Shown here piece by piece: positions 36,416 to 48,830 of a DNA stretch of 64,000 nucleotides. Both the position numbers and the translations under genes were made by a program. Positions within the stretch are counted from its first letter, which is position 1, and every line of letters starts with the position of its first letter. This DNA is from Moniliella sp. 'wahieum' (Eukaryota): assembly GCA_003971905.1 (NCBI GenBank), contig RSEE01000018.1:1-64000 (forward strand), read 5' to 3'. The notes beneath the pieces were generated by a model. The model saw only the letters and a program-made list of their open reading frames with translations. It made no database searches and was not told the origin of the DNA.

Positions 36416-38642
36416 TTAAGCACTACCGTGCACCTTGAGCACCTTCGTCCAAAACTTCTCCCAGCGGGCATCAAGGTGAGCAAGCAGTTGAGTCTTTGTC
36501 GCAGGCTTCATCCGAGCATGCGTAGCGACTGGCGCGTGATCTCGCGCAGCGTGATCAGCGACATGTTCTCCAGCGACTGTAGGTGAAGAACAAGTCGGGC
36601 GTCAAGCCCGTGTTACCAAACTGAGTGCAGTCGTCGCTGGCCAGCGCGATGGGGAGGCCATTGGCAATGAAATCGACCAATGGGTGGGCCATCAACGTAT
36701 TCGTAAACCGCAGACTTCATTGCTGATCGGGCAACATTCGATCAGAATGTCTTTCTCCTTGACTAGCTCCATCAGCAACGGGTGCTTGTGCAGCGAAAAG
36801 CCGTGCCCGATCCGACGAGTACCGAGCAAAATCGCGTCGTACAGGTTATTGTCGGCCGGCTGGAAAGAGAAAGAGAAGACAAAAGTTAGATCGTTGGAAC
36901 ACAGACTCGAAGGAGGCACGTACCCCACCGACTCGAGCGTCTCGCCGGCATGGAACAAACGGAAGGCTTGCCTCGCCCATTGCATCGAACTTATCAGGCT
37001 GGGACGAGTCCCACCAACCACGCTGCTTGACCTGTTCAGAGAACCACAGCAGCTCAGGCAGATATTCCTGAAGCGAAGCGCCCATATCCTCGTGGCCAAC
37101 CAAGTCGTACCCCACAATGAGATTCGGATACGCCTCCTTGCACTTGAGGCACTCTGCCATACTCTCCCGCAATGTAGGTGCATCAACAAAGCGGATGGTG
37201 GTAAAGATGAGTTTGGCGGCATGGAAATAGAGCTGGTCATCAGATGTGCGAGTCTGATTGGCCTTGGCCACTTCCGCCTTGACCTCGGCTTCAGCCTGAG
37301 ACATTGTACTGGTCAGCAACCCAGATCTCATTCAAAAAAGATTGTCACTCAGTAACTCAGTACTCACCTCCAACCAGATCCGGCACCACTCCGTATGCGG
37401 AAGTTCGGTTTTCATATCTTTGGCGAGGATGCTCTTGGGCAAGAAGTTGGCCCGAACCTCCATGTACGGCACTCCATCCAACACATGGTCCCACATGACC
37501 TGCTTGGCCGCGGCGAAAAAGTTAGGTTCGTAGTTGATTAGCCCGCTGATGACAAAAAAGGTGCTGCTGAAATGCGCCCAGGCCAAGATGGACGTCTGCC
37601 GATCAGCCACATAGGGGGGGGTCATAGTCAAACGGCTAGGTCACGCGTCCATGTTAGTGCATTGCTCGGATGAAAGTGGTCTGGGTAAGCGTACCTGTGC
37701 AGCCAAGCGTCAAACGCATCTTGCTCCGGCTTGAACTTGCCGGGATGGGGGTGTGATGCATGCGATCCAGCGCACGAAAGCGAGCCGTGATGGCCGGCGT
37801 ATCGTAGTGTCAGGGTGTGGGAACGAATCGCGCGACAGAGCCGAAGAGCCCAGGTGTTAGGTTCATACAGAGACGACCAAATCAAATTGGAGGCTTTGGT
37901 GTACTCGTCGCTGGATCCCCACTTGTCGGGGTGAATGACTTTGAACTCAATACGTGCTTGGTACAATTGGGACACAGTATGCAGCGGCCGGTCGGAACGA
38001 AGGTACAACTCGGGAGTAGTCGCTGCAAATTTGAGGTAAAGATGAGGATCAACAGAGCCCTCGAAATGACAGTGAAGGTCACCTCCCTTGGGAATGGACT
38101 TGAAGAGACGGTATACGGAGACAGGTCGCTCAGCAGACCAGAGCGCATCGCCTGGAAGATGCCATACCACGGTACACTTCATCTTCTTTGGCTGGCCGTA
38201 CAGAAGAAAACTCATGCTGCTCTTCATCATGATACTGCAGCTCAGCTGAAGGCAACGGCTCATCGTTCATGTTGGACAAACTTTCCTTGCGCCGCAGCAC
38301 GGTCGAGATGGGGGACGACAGGGCATCGTTGGGTTGCTCCACCTGATTCATATCGCCAGTCTCTTGGACCAGGTGTCGGCGGGGGTTATTGAGGCCAGGG
38401 GATGTAATAAAGGGAGTACGTTCCATGTCGCCCTTGTGTGACTTGGCAAATGCCTCCCACTCGGCGGTGCGCATTTGGGCCAAAGCGGCGTTGGCAGCCC
38501 TCTCGAGCGCCGAGGCCTGCTGAACGGCGGAGGCATCAAGGCGACGCGCATGCTCAGCCTCTATGAGCGTTCGCCGGGCATCAAGGTAGGACTGAGCATC
38601 GCTTGTGTTATAGGAACGCAGACTGCCAGAACCGTCTTGCAT
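36416..38642 (-). CDS. adenosine deaminase, ADGF/ADA2 (CECR1)-like family
   Basis: N-terminal YLDARRTLIEAE, PKGGDLHCH, DGVPYMEVR, VGYDLVGHED, FHAGET, NLYDAILLGTRRIGHG, IECCPISNE and ASDD. Intron at ~36868-36923. Confidence 0.92.
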
Positions 38643-38900
38643 GGCACAAGCGGATCAGAGAGGCAATGGTGGTGGTGGTGGATGCCGTGATCGCGTGGTC
38701 AGGGGATTGTGCCTGGTAGTGCTTCGAACAGACAGGCGTTGGGCCGGAAATTGAAATGTGCGTCGGCTTTTATCATCGTAACGCCGAAGTCCGAAAAGTC
38801 CAAGCCAGCTACTGCCTGCTGCTATCTGCTACTGTGCCTACTGCGCGTACTGCGCGTCGTACTTGACTGCAAGCAAAGGGGAAAAACAAGTACATCCATA

Positions 38901-40559
38901 TCAGACCCGATCCTTGTTAGAGGATGACGGGGGCGGTGGGAGCGATGCGGAGGGCTGGGAGCCGTTGGCGCGGACGCGAAGCGCGTTGAGTTCCGTAGAG
39001 GCCCGGTCCAAATTCTTCTTCAACTCGAGTGCCGTCGTGATGGCGCCCAGCAAACCCTCCCACTTCTCTACATTGCGGGCTGTGGGGAAAACGAGGCGCT
39101 GGGACGTCATAGGGGGGTGTCCAGCGCACAGCACCGCCGCCGTCCTGGGGGCCAAGTTGGTCCGGGGAACGAGGATCCGACTCGAGCGCACATACGCCCC
39201 GTGCGAGTGCCCCGAACCCGTACCCAACGGAGGTTGGGTCGATGGTGTACCTGTCAGCAGCGGGTATGGTCCACGAGATGGAGGGCCTTGGGTAGGGTCA
39301 AAGCGTTGAATGTAGTGCTTTTCATCAAAGGCGGCATCAATAGTTTCGCGAGGAGCCTCGGAATTGGCCGCAGCCGGAGTCTCAGGGGGAAGGAAGGGAA
39401 GAGGAATCGCTCGACCTGCTTCGGCCTTGATGGGCGCAGATGTTGCACGGAAGTAGCAGCCGGAGCATTTTCGCCCGATGGGGTAGGGCCCTCGGTAGTT
39501 GAGTCCGACGCTTTTCGAAGCAGGCTCGGGGGGGACTTCAATCCCCGCGCCCGCAGCGGCGATGGAGGCTGGCGTGGCATCCAAAAGGCGTTCCCAACCC
39601 CCGAGTAGACGCAACAGGTCTTCTCTGTCGGAAGCAAAACGTGCTTGTTGTTGCTCAATCCGACGCGCTTCGATGTACAGAGCCTCCTCCTCCGCCAAGG
39701 CTTCGGGTGACCTAGCATACAATGCTGCGACGGCCGCCCGGCGCGCTGTCTCGGCGCGTGCATCGTACGCGTATCTTTCAAGAAGACGTTGACGTGAAGC
39801 CGTATCATCGACAGATATGCGGCTGCGGATCAATCTGCGACACACAGCATAGTACGCGCTGGAGGTCCTCCGAAGAGCGTGGCTTGACAACCGAGGTGTT
39901 GCCCAAGTAGGCGGCCGCGTTGGCAGGCCAGTCATAGCGATCATAGATCACAGGCCAGCGCAAGTCGTAATCGGCAGCAATGTCCATCAGGTAATCGGTC
40001 TCCTCCTTGGTCCACGCCTCATCGCGAAGATGGGCGCTGTATTCATCGTTGCTGTACGAATAAACGCCGCTGCTAGTATTGAAGGCCGCAAAGCGGTACT
40101 CTGGAACATGGCCAAAATACCTTGTCAGTGAACCGAGGGGAAAAGAGGATGGTACGAAAAGAATCAACATACCCAATTCCTCTTCTGGGTCTTGTGGTGT
40201 CTCCCTGGGGCAGGAGCAGGCAGATGCGAGACAGTGAGTGAGGACCAGGTCGTCCTGGCGTGCCGGGTTGCGGAACGGGGTGGGGGCCCAGTGGTGGGCA
40301 ACACGCGCATGGCCTCGGTGCGAAGTCTGGGGTTGTATTTCTTTCCGCTCGTCTCACGAGGACGATGCTCAGAGGCGAGGGCAAGCGAGGGCGCGTGGAG
40401 CGAGCAGGGCGGCGTAGAGCTCACGTGTGATGCCGTCCACACGGGGTCTGGGGCGGCGGCAGCGGTGGGCAGCACGCGGCACCTGGGAAGACCCAGCGGG
40501 TGAGTGCTCCCCTCAGCGGGAAGCTCGAGGATGTCGCGCACGTCCCGTGCTGACGCCAT
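38901..40559 (-). CDS. SWC4: SWR1/NuA4 subunit Swc4/Eaf2 (DMAP1)
   Basis: MASARDVRDILELP, YRFAAFN, SANT domain YSNDEYSAHLRDEAWTKEETDYLMDIAADYDLRWPVIYDRY and YYAVCRRLIRSR. Confidence 0.92.
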
Positions 40560-41924
40560 ATGTGGAGAAGACCGCGATGGTGGTGATGGTGGGTGGTGCT
40601 CATGCCTGGGCCGCACGCAGGTAGCGAGCGGAATCCCCGAGAATTCCGCCCACCATTATTTTGGGCCAGCCTACTCCAGCACGACGGCCTCTGCGCCACC
40701 AGGATGTCGCTCGACGCGCTCACGCCCTTGCCCTCGAGGTCAAAACGCCCCCACCGGCGCTCTCCAGGCCTATTTGAACGGAGACGCCGCTCGCGCATGG
40801 AAGTCCATTGACGACTCCGTTAAGAGCAAACCGACGACATCGAACCACCGTGCCGCATTCGCATTGGAGAGGAACTCGACGAAGTAGAGCGCATCATCCC
40901 ATCTATTACTACTTAACTACTTAGGCGTTATTCCCTTTGAGGCGACTGGCGAAGAGCCCAGGGATTGCCCTCCTCGCCTTATCATGTTGTGGTGGTTCCT
41001 CTTCTTACATTGTATGCTGGCATGCTGGGATTTTCAGGGAAGAGGGCAAAAGGCCGAAAACCATAGGTACTACAAACCTATACTTACCATGGAGTCCTTC
41101 ATCCAACCTTCCTACCCCCTCTTAAGTTTCTCGGTCGACCCCGACCGACACGTTTTCTTTCACTGGCCGCATTGGTGGCAATGTCATTAAGTTTTTGTAA
41201 GGGAAAGGAAGATAGAGCAATCTGCATGGCGATTATGGCGGTATGCTTTAACTGGTCTGAAGGTTGAAGCCAAAAGTTGGGGAGGAGGCACACTACATGG
41301 AACCCACATGGCAGTCGCTTTTGCCCACACCTAGCACAACTCATCAAGCTGCCTACTCGTCAACCTTCAACAAACGTGTCTCGGCTGCCTGTTTTAGTGC
41401 TGGACCCTGGGAGATTCCGGTTCCGCACGTTTGAAGAGAGGCTGCTCCTCTGCCATAATGCACTTATCGATGCGGTAGACTTTTCCGTCATGCGCGTCAT
41501 GGCCGGTGCCGGTGGTGGCGATGGGCAGACCTGGCTCTGCCTAAGCCGCAAAGGGCGATCCGGCTGATCGATACTTAGCCTCTCATTCTCAATTAGGTAG
41601 AGTGAGCCCGAGGACCAGCTGGTGCGTGGCCGGCGCTGGAGGGTGGGCTCTGCTTTTCCCGGGCGTGGTATTGTCAGTAATCGGAGCGTCAGCAGAAAAA
41701 CGCATGGCGCCAGTGTCGGAAGAAATGTGCTAAGCGCGCTTAACCGCGGTGGCTGCCACGCACGCCGCCAGTGCGCTCGGGCCAAGGCGGATGTATCGAC
41801 AATCTCATCTCCGCCCGACGGCTGGCATGGCTACTTGAGCGCCGCAGCGACATCTTGCTTCTCTCCCATCTTTGACCACCACCACCCCTCCCCTGCTCCG
41901 CCTCGACGCCCACGTTCGATCACC

Positions 41925-42909
41925 ATGTGCCCTCGAGTCCAAAAGCTCCAACAAGGCGTGCGTCCCTCCTCTCCCCCCTTCTCACCCTCCTTTCCTTGGA
42001 GCACGTAGCTGACATGGCGCTTCGCCCAGCTTTGGTGGTACGATCACCAAGTACACCTTCCCTTCCGCCGCTCTCGGCGGCCTGCCGACCAACTTCAACA
42101 TCTTTGTTCCTGCCGGCGAGTGTTGACAAGCCCGTTCCCTTTCTACCTCTCTGGCTTGACCTGCACCGAGGACAATGCGACGCAGAAGGCGCCAACGCTG
42201 TTTGAGGCGGCATCGCAGGAGGGCTTGGCCATTGTCCTGCCTGACACATCGCCTCGTGGTGCTGGGGTCGAAGGAGAGGAGGATGGGTGGGACTTTGGCA
42301 CGGGGGCTGGGTTCTACCTCAACGCGACCAAGGAGCCATTCAAAAAGAACTACAATATGGAAGAGCTTGTGACCAAGGAGCTTCCGGCTGTCTTGAAGGA
42401 GAACAAGTTGCCGCTCGATTTTGAACGAGTGGGCTGCTGGGCCACAGCATGGGCGGGCACGGTGCGCTGTCGACCTACCTCGCGCGCCGGCTGGGACGTA
42501 CAAGTCGGCATCGGCGTTTTCCCCAATTTGCAACCCTACGCCTGCCCCTGGGGGGAGAAGGCGTTCAAGGGGTACCTGGCCGGTGGCGTGGAGGAGGGCA
42601 AGGCGTACGATTCGACGCTACTGCTCAAGGACGCGCTGGACAAGGGCCGCAAGGTGGACATCTTCATTGATTATGGCACAGGCGACAACTTTTACAAGGC
42701 AGGTCAGCTGCTGCCGGAGCACCTCGCCGAGGTGGCCAAGGGCAATCCTGGCGTGACTGTGCGCGGTCAGGAGGGCTATGATCACAGCTGTACGTTTGGT
42801 TCTGTTACGGATGAGAGAAACACTACAACAAGCATGTGCCCCCAGACTTCTTTGTCTCCACGTTTGCTGGGGGCATGTTCACTGGCACGCCAAGTACCTC
42901 AAGGCATGA
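41925..42909 (+). CDS. ESD: S-formylglutathione hydrolase (esterase D)
   Basis: YLSGLTCTEDN, PDTSPRG, WDFGTGAGFY, GHSMGGHGAL, SAFSPICNP, PWGEKAF and EGYDHSY. Introns at ~41958-42029 and ~42789-42845. Confidence 0.95.
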
Positions 42910-43223
42910 CTATCACGGCTTTGAAAGGCATTGTACTGGTACCCCCCATGAATTGCATGCGCATCACAACCACATTCAGGCCCGGTTGGGGTGGAGCCGC
43001 AATACGAGTGAGGGTCTAGTCTGAGATAAGCATGCTAGCGTCCCATGCGAAGGAAGGGGTAAAGAACTATTACCCCAGTCTAGACTTTGAAAAGAGAACC
43101 ATGGACCCAGCCAATTACTTCCTTCCCAGACGCTCTGATGGACGAGTCTCTGCCAGGTTTCCGTCCAACATTCCTGGAAGCGCGCGACACTACCAATAAT
43201 GCACTTGGACGAAGAGGGGTTCA

Positions 43224-44422
43224 TTAAAACATTCCGAACAGTCTTCCACGGCCAGACAGTGGCCGGTCAGGGTGGAAGAGTGTGGTAGAAGAAGTACGAT
43301 AACAAGGTGTCAACGCTGCCCTCTGTTGTGCCAGCAGCTTGCCCTGATTGATGATCAGCGAGACGTCCAAAACTTGTCGCCCCCTGCAGCCGAAGACGGC
43401 TGGTGAAAGGGCGGTGGGTCTTGGAGGACGGGGGCAGCGACGGCGCTGAGGGCTGGCTGCCGTGTCGGGAGGAAGGAAGAGTGACAAACGGATTGCACCG
43501 TGGGAAGACGGGGTGAAGGAGTGCGCCACAGGGTCTGAGGGCAAGATGCCAACCGGGGCCGGAGCAAGATCAAAGGTTGAAGGTGCACTGGCGCGGAAGG
43601 AGGAAGGTGTGCCAGTGGGTAAAGGATGTACTTCCGGAATCAGCATGGGCGGTGGGGAGGTGGGTCGGGGCATCCGGCCTCCGAGTTGGTCAAAGGGGGG
43701 AGAGGAAGACTTGGGGATTACCGTGCCGCCCCCGGGCACGGCAATCGAGATGGGCGCAGAGGGAGGGTAGGCGAGGGGATCGGGACCGCTCCCGAAACGA
43801 CGGTGCGGGATGGTCCAAAGGCCCGTCGATCCGAGTAGGTGGTCACATTGGCCGAGCGAAGATGTGCTGCGCCGGTGCCTTGGTGCGGTAGCCTACCCCT
43901 GCAACATTGGGGCTCGGCGGCACTGGAAAGCGAGGGGCTTCCGACTGGCGGGTGCTCCACTCATGTATCCGGGCCTCTGCTCCAGCATGATTGGCTGATG
44001 GCCCGGTTCTGGAATACCATTTGCTTCCGTGAAGATATCGGGGACGAGGCGAAATGGTGGGGTTGGCCTGTCCCCACCAGAGTAGGGCCCTAGGGACGGG
44101 CAGACCAGAATACGGCGCAGTGGACTCCCCTGTTGGAGCAGAGTAGGTGGAAATGGAGTTCAGCTGTCCCGCCGAGTAGATCAGAGCTCGTAGGTAGGTG
44201 TTCTCTTCACGCAGGTGACTAACATCGGCTGTGAGAGGTGGCCACAAAGGAATATCGTGACGGTTAGCCACGGCACTCTTTTCTCGCCAGTCCCACAAAA
44301 GGGATCCAAAGAGGGGAGCGTACCTTCAAGATCAGCAATATGCTTCCTGCGACGCTCACGGAAGGCGCGCTGGACTTCCTGGGCGCGGGTGACGGGCGGC
44401 TGAATAGGGCGGGATTGACCAT
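43224..44422 (-). CDS. fungal bZIP-domain protein (AP-1-like basic region)
   Basis: RAQEVQRAFRERRRKHIADLE, then an intron (GTACGC...CTCTCACAG, ~44229-44323), then ADVSHLREENTYLRALI. P/S-rich tail. Confidence 0.7.
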
Positions 44423-45949
44423 GGCGTCCTCGTGTCATAGTGGCGGCGAAAGCAAACAGGGGCGAGAAGGGCGAAGAGGATTAATGGAGTGGCGGGACCA
44501 AAAGGAGTTGGCCAACGACGGATAACTGAAGGGAGGAGGAAGTGCTGAGGCTGGGTGGCGGTAAGGAGAGAGAGAGCAAAAGGCGCGTAGTGAGTTGCTT
44601 GAAATGTATGCCTGTGCTGGGGGCGGGGGGAGGGAAGAGGAGCAGTAGAGCAGCACGGGGGGCGAAAACGGGCGGGGGAGGGGTAAGAGGGTTGGAGGGC
44701 GGGGAGAAGAGGCGTGGGGTGATGTGGGCGGGCAGGCAGAGAAGAGGAACGAAGGAGGAGGAACCGAGTGCCGCCACCGGCTAGAGGGCGGCCTAGTAAC
44801 TGTCTCCGACGGTAAGAGAGGGCGCCCCCCTAGTAAGGGACTGTGCCATGCGCGCTGACTCAGATCAAGAGGAAGCTGCTTGTGGAGGCTGACGCGCGGC
44901 CAGACTTCTATGTTGTTGATCTGGGATCTCAGATCTAACCCGCCATGTCCCGCGGGCGGTGGGCTTCTCAGCGCCCCTCCTGGGCAGGACGCTGACGCGT
45001 CGACCCCACTGGGCGCCCAGGCTGGGCGCAGATACGCCCAGCGCAGACACGCTGACACAGCAAAAACTGTCGGCGTGTCTGCCAGAACGGCGGGTCCGCT
45101 GAGAGTGGGTTGAACGTCGGCCCCTGTTGGCCCACACCAGCGGATAGGGTCATATGTCGTCATTCATTATCGACTCACCGACTCATCGACCTCTCTTAGA
45201 TCTTACTGGTGATCATCCATGTGTACACACAATCGGAAGCAGCCCGCGACGCAAACATCGGCCCTGTCGCGGGTCCGCCTACCGCGCCTACCCTTCCACT
45301 GCTCGGAAGACCCTGTTTCTGCCCTCAACCGGTCACCGGTCCCTGGCGCAGGGGTGTAGCAACGGACGCTGACGAGCAGCCCTAGACTAGCACCTTGTGG
45401 CAAGCACTTCCATGTGTTTTTTTCTGCGGCATACTAAAAGCAGGCGTTGTGTCGCAAAAAATTGCCGAGTGTCCCCCCCCACAGCGTGTGACCAGCCGCC
45501 TGTTTGCCTTCTAGTCTTGCCCGATTCGTATAGTACGGCAGTCGAAGGAAGTATACTGACATAAGCACCCAAAGCAGGGTGCCGATCGACCTTTGGGTGG
45601 CCCACCTGTCACAGGTCATTGCGCGCCGCAATATACATGTACCGTTGCGCATCGCTCTCCCGTCCAACATCTGCTCGGTGTTGCAACTTTGTACGAATGG
45701 CGTATCGTCATAGCCATCACGGGGCGGACTCAAGAGACGAACTGCGCAGCCTTTTCTATAGTATGTGCTGTCCAAGAGATCTTTTGCGCCAGCTGTCGAT
45801 GACAGTTGAGGCGAGACAAAGGTATGATCATTACATCGTACTGCCGACTGGAGCCCCTGCAGCGGGGGAATGGCATGCATGACAGATGATCGATTGCGGG
45901 GGAGAGAAGCCAAGTGAATGAAACGAAAAACAGTAACGACCCGGAGCAA

Positions 45950-48607
45950 GGGTTCATGAGGAGATGCAAACTGCTAGGAAAGCAGAGAGCGACATGATGC
46001 ACATGAACGACGTCCAGCATCGCAAAGGGAGCGAGCTCCATATCGTCGCTACTCGCGGGCCTCTCCCGAACTGGCACCCTGGACGCACAAGTTGGGTAGT
46101 ACGTATATCAAGCGGAAGCACGCATATCTAGCCCGTGTGGTTCATACATCCGTGCTACACCAATAAGATCTCGTCCTCTTCCATCTCACAAAACGTCCAG
46201 CTGCTCTTGCTCATACGCCTCCGCCCACACGCATCGTACTCCGATCCCAAATCGTCTCCATCGACACTGAGCTTGTCAGGGTCAACCAGGAAGGTAGATG
46301 GGATCATGGTCGGGTCCGAGGCAGGATCCGCAGCAGAGGGAGCCGATCCAGGCAGCATCCACTTGGTCTCGGCCAAAGTCACCTCTCCACCCAGAGCGAA
46401 AGAGGAGCCGATCCCATCGACATCTTCATCACCTTTGGTACTCAGGCACTGTTTCACCCCATCATTGTACCCCAACCAACGTCTTGTCCCCATGGCCAGG
46501 CAGTAGTTTCCCATCCCCATCGTCGGATCCCGATATTGACTCTGGTACCCAGACGCGACACTGGCGGGCACACATGCGGGAGCGGCTGGCACGTGAATTG
46601 TGGCGGTTCGTCAGACCTTGATTCCGCTTCGCTCCGTTTCGCCTGCTCTACTGCCCCTGCCTCAGCTTCAGAGGGAGAATGCTTGATCCGGCACCCCTGG
46701 CTTTCCACCACTCTCCAACGCAGTATCGTTTAACGGCCTCATAGTAGGTGGGGGAGGGCTCCTTGCTTCAACGACGATCCCACTGGATCTTGGCCAGGCG
46801 ATACTAGTGGGGTTGTTCCAGATGGCGCGCTTTGGGAAGGGCTGCCAGGGGATGCAGCGTGAGTCTCTACATCCGCGATGGGCTGGGTTGTGAAGGGATG
46901 TAGTAGCCGGAATAGCCGCACCAGACGGAGAGGGTAGAGAAGACGGCAAGCCGGCCAAAATAGAAGGCGATACTCGTTGGGATCTGACAGGCGACAATGC
47001 TTCCGACCTGCCCGGCGACACCGGGGGGCTCGGCCCGGTGACAGAGGGCGCTCTGCCAGGCGACACGACAGGATCACGATTAGATGGGCTTCTGGAGCCC
47101 CCACCTCCTGGACAGAGTGTGCGTCGGGATGAGCAACAGCGGTGAGGCGGTATCACCAGGGGGAGAGGACGGAGGAGGCAAGGATCGAGACGAGATCGAA
47201 GACGGTCGAGGTGCCGAGGCAGCGATGCGGCCCGCCCCCTCGGATGCAAGGTCCTGCTTGAAGGGCAAAGCAGCTGTAGGGCTAGGCAGCACAGCAGGCT
47301 GGGATGCTCCTGCTGAGCAATGGGCTGCTCAGGCACTGGTTTGGCCTCCTTGGCAGACTTGGTATGGAAGCCAACTCGTCCTCCTCCTCTTCGTCGCCTT
47401 GAGGATGTTTCGTATCCTCTTGAAGATCGTCGAGGTTGAACGGCTTGGGCGGGACGGATTCGTTTCCGCGTCTCTGGCTTGCTGCTTTCGAGAGGTGGGG
47501 GCGCGTTCGACGAAACAGGGGCAGCGGCACTGGATGAACATTTCATCATCCCATCCGCATCGTTGGTAGAGGTGGTAACCTAGTGACAGCGTCGGTGGCG
47601 GTGCGGACTCAGTAGCCGCCGCCGCCGCCGCTGCAGCAGCAGCAGCAGCAGCTCGTAAACTTGTTCTCGTCTTCCGGCCTTGAGAAAGGTCGGGAACGGC
47701 AGCGGGCGAAGATGAATGGGCGGAGGGCTGGTCTTGAGGGGTAGCTTGGCCTCGGAGCGAGCGGCAAGAGATGGTTTGTTATTCGAGTTGCCCGGACGCG
47801 GTGGGTGGGACAAGCGGCCATAGGTTGCATGGACTTTACGTCGTTTCCGTGGCTCCAATGGCAATGGGTGCGCGTGCGATGCCAGCTGGGACGCGATGTC
47901 ACTGGGTTGTTCAGGTACGGGGGGGATCTGCCGTGCCCGGTTTCAGAGAGAGACAAGGTGTGCAAGAGAGGAGCTCACCACCTTGCTCACCCGGGGGGAG
48001 GTCGGCGGATCAGCTGGGACGGCTGGCCTGCGACCCATGCTTGGCCTGTGCTCAACACATCCTCACCCGGTCGGGGCAGGGGGGCTGGGGGCACTCGAAT
48101 CGGACCCTCGTTCGGGAGGGGGCGGGTGCGTCGTTGGTATGCGTGCTGAGAAGGTCATGGAAGGCCCAGGGGAACGCAAGGTCGGAGGAGGTGGATGCGC
48201 GGGAGGGCGACAAGGCAGCTGCCTGACCACCGGCCATGCTGGAGAGCTCTGAACAGGACAGGTCGTCGCCGGCAGCCCGGCGGCTGGTGCGCCGCGCTCT
48301 CGGCGACACGGGGCTGCTGCAGCTGGCGCGGAGGGGCGAAGGCGCGACGCGCACCACGCGAGGCGATGGACAGGGCACGAGGCGGGCGGGGGCGGCATGC
48401 CGTCGTCGGGGAGCCGCGGATCCAGCGCACGACGTGGGGCGTGGTGGGCGACGAGGCGGGTGCGGGCGCGTGGCGTGGGTCGAGGAGGCGGACATGGGTC
48501 GAGGAGAGCGGGAGCGGCTGTGTGTCGGCCGGCGGGGCCAGCAGTGACGCCGTGGACGGACGCAGGAGCGCCGGCGACGGCGGGGGTGGCGGTCCGGGCA
48601 GCTCCAT
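45950..48607 (-). CDS. hypothetical low-complexity protein (frameshifted, boundaries uncertain)
   Basis: Chain of minus-strand ORFs (48155, 47580, 46668, 46155). Contains NLS-like PRKRRK, a poly-Ala run and an ordered-looking C-terminal segment GNYCLAMGTRRWLGYNDGVKQCLS. Confidence 0.4.
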
Positions 48608-48830
48608 TGGCCCGCCGATGGTGGCGCTGCCTGGGGGACTGGCGATGGTGGCGTGGTTTGGGGGATGGCGATGGTGGCGCTGCTGGGCGGTGTGCTTAAT
48701 GCGGTTCACCAGTCACTAGTCACTCTTCATTGCTTTTGGGGCCCGCCGCGACGCGCCGCGGACTGAAATGTTGAGAGCGACGGTCGATTGCCTGTCCAGC
48801 CGCCGCGATAATCGATAACCATTTGCCCCG

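Noticed and set aside
41080..41095. ATACTTACC resembling the U1 snRNA 5' end
   Set aside because: It continues ATGG rather than TGG, and I see no U1 stem-loop motifs or Sm site downstream.
44900..45950. Lower-GC spacer with short ORFs, possible ncRNA
   Set aside because: No recognisable protein motifs, paired C/D boxes or snRNA signature. Treated as the long upstream region of the second bZIP gene.
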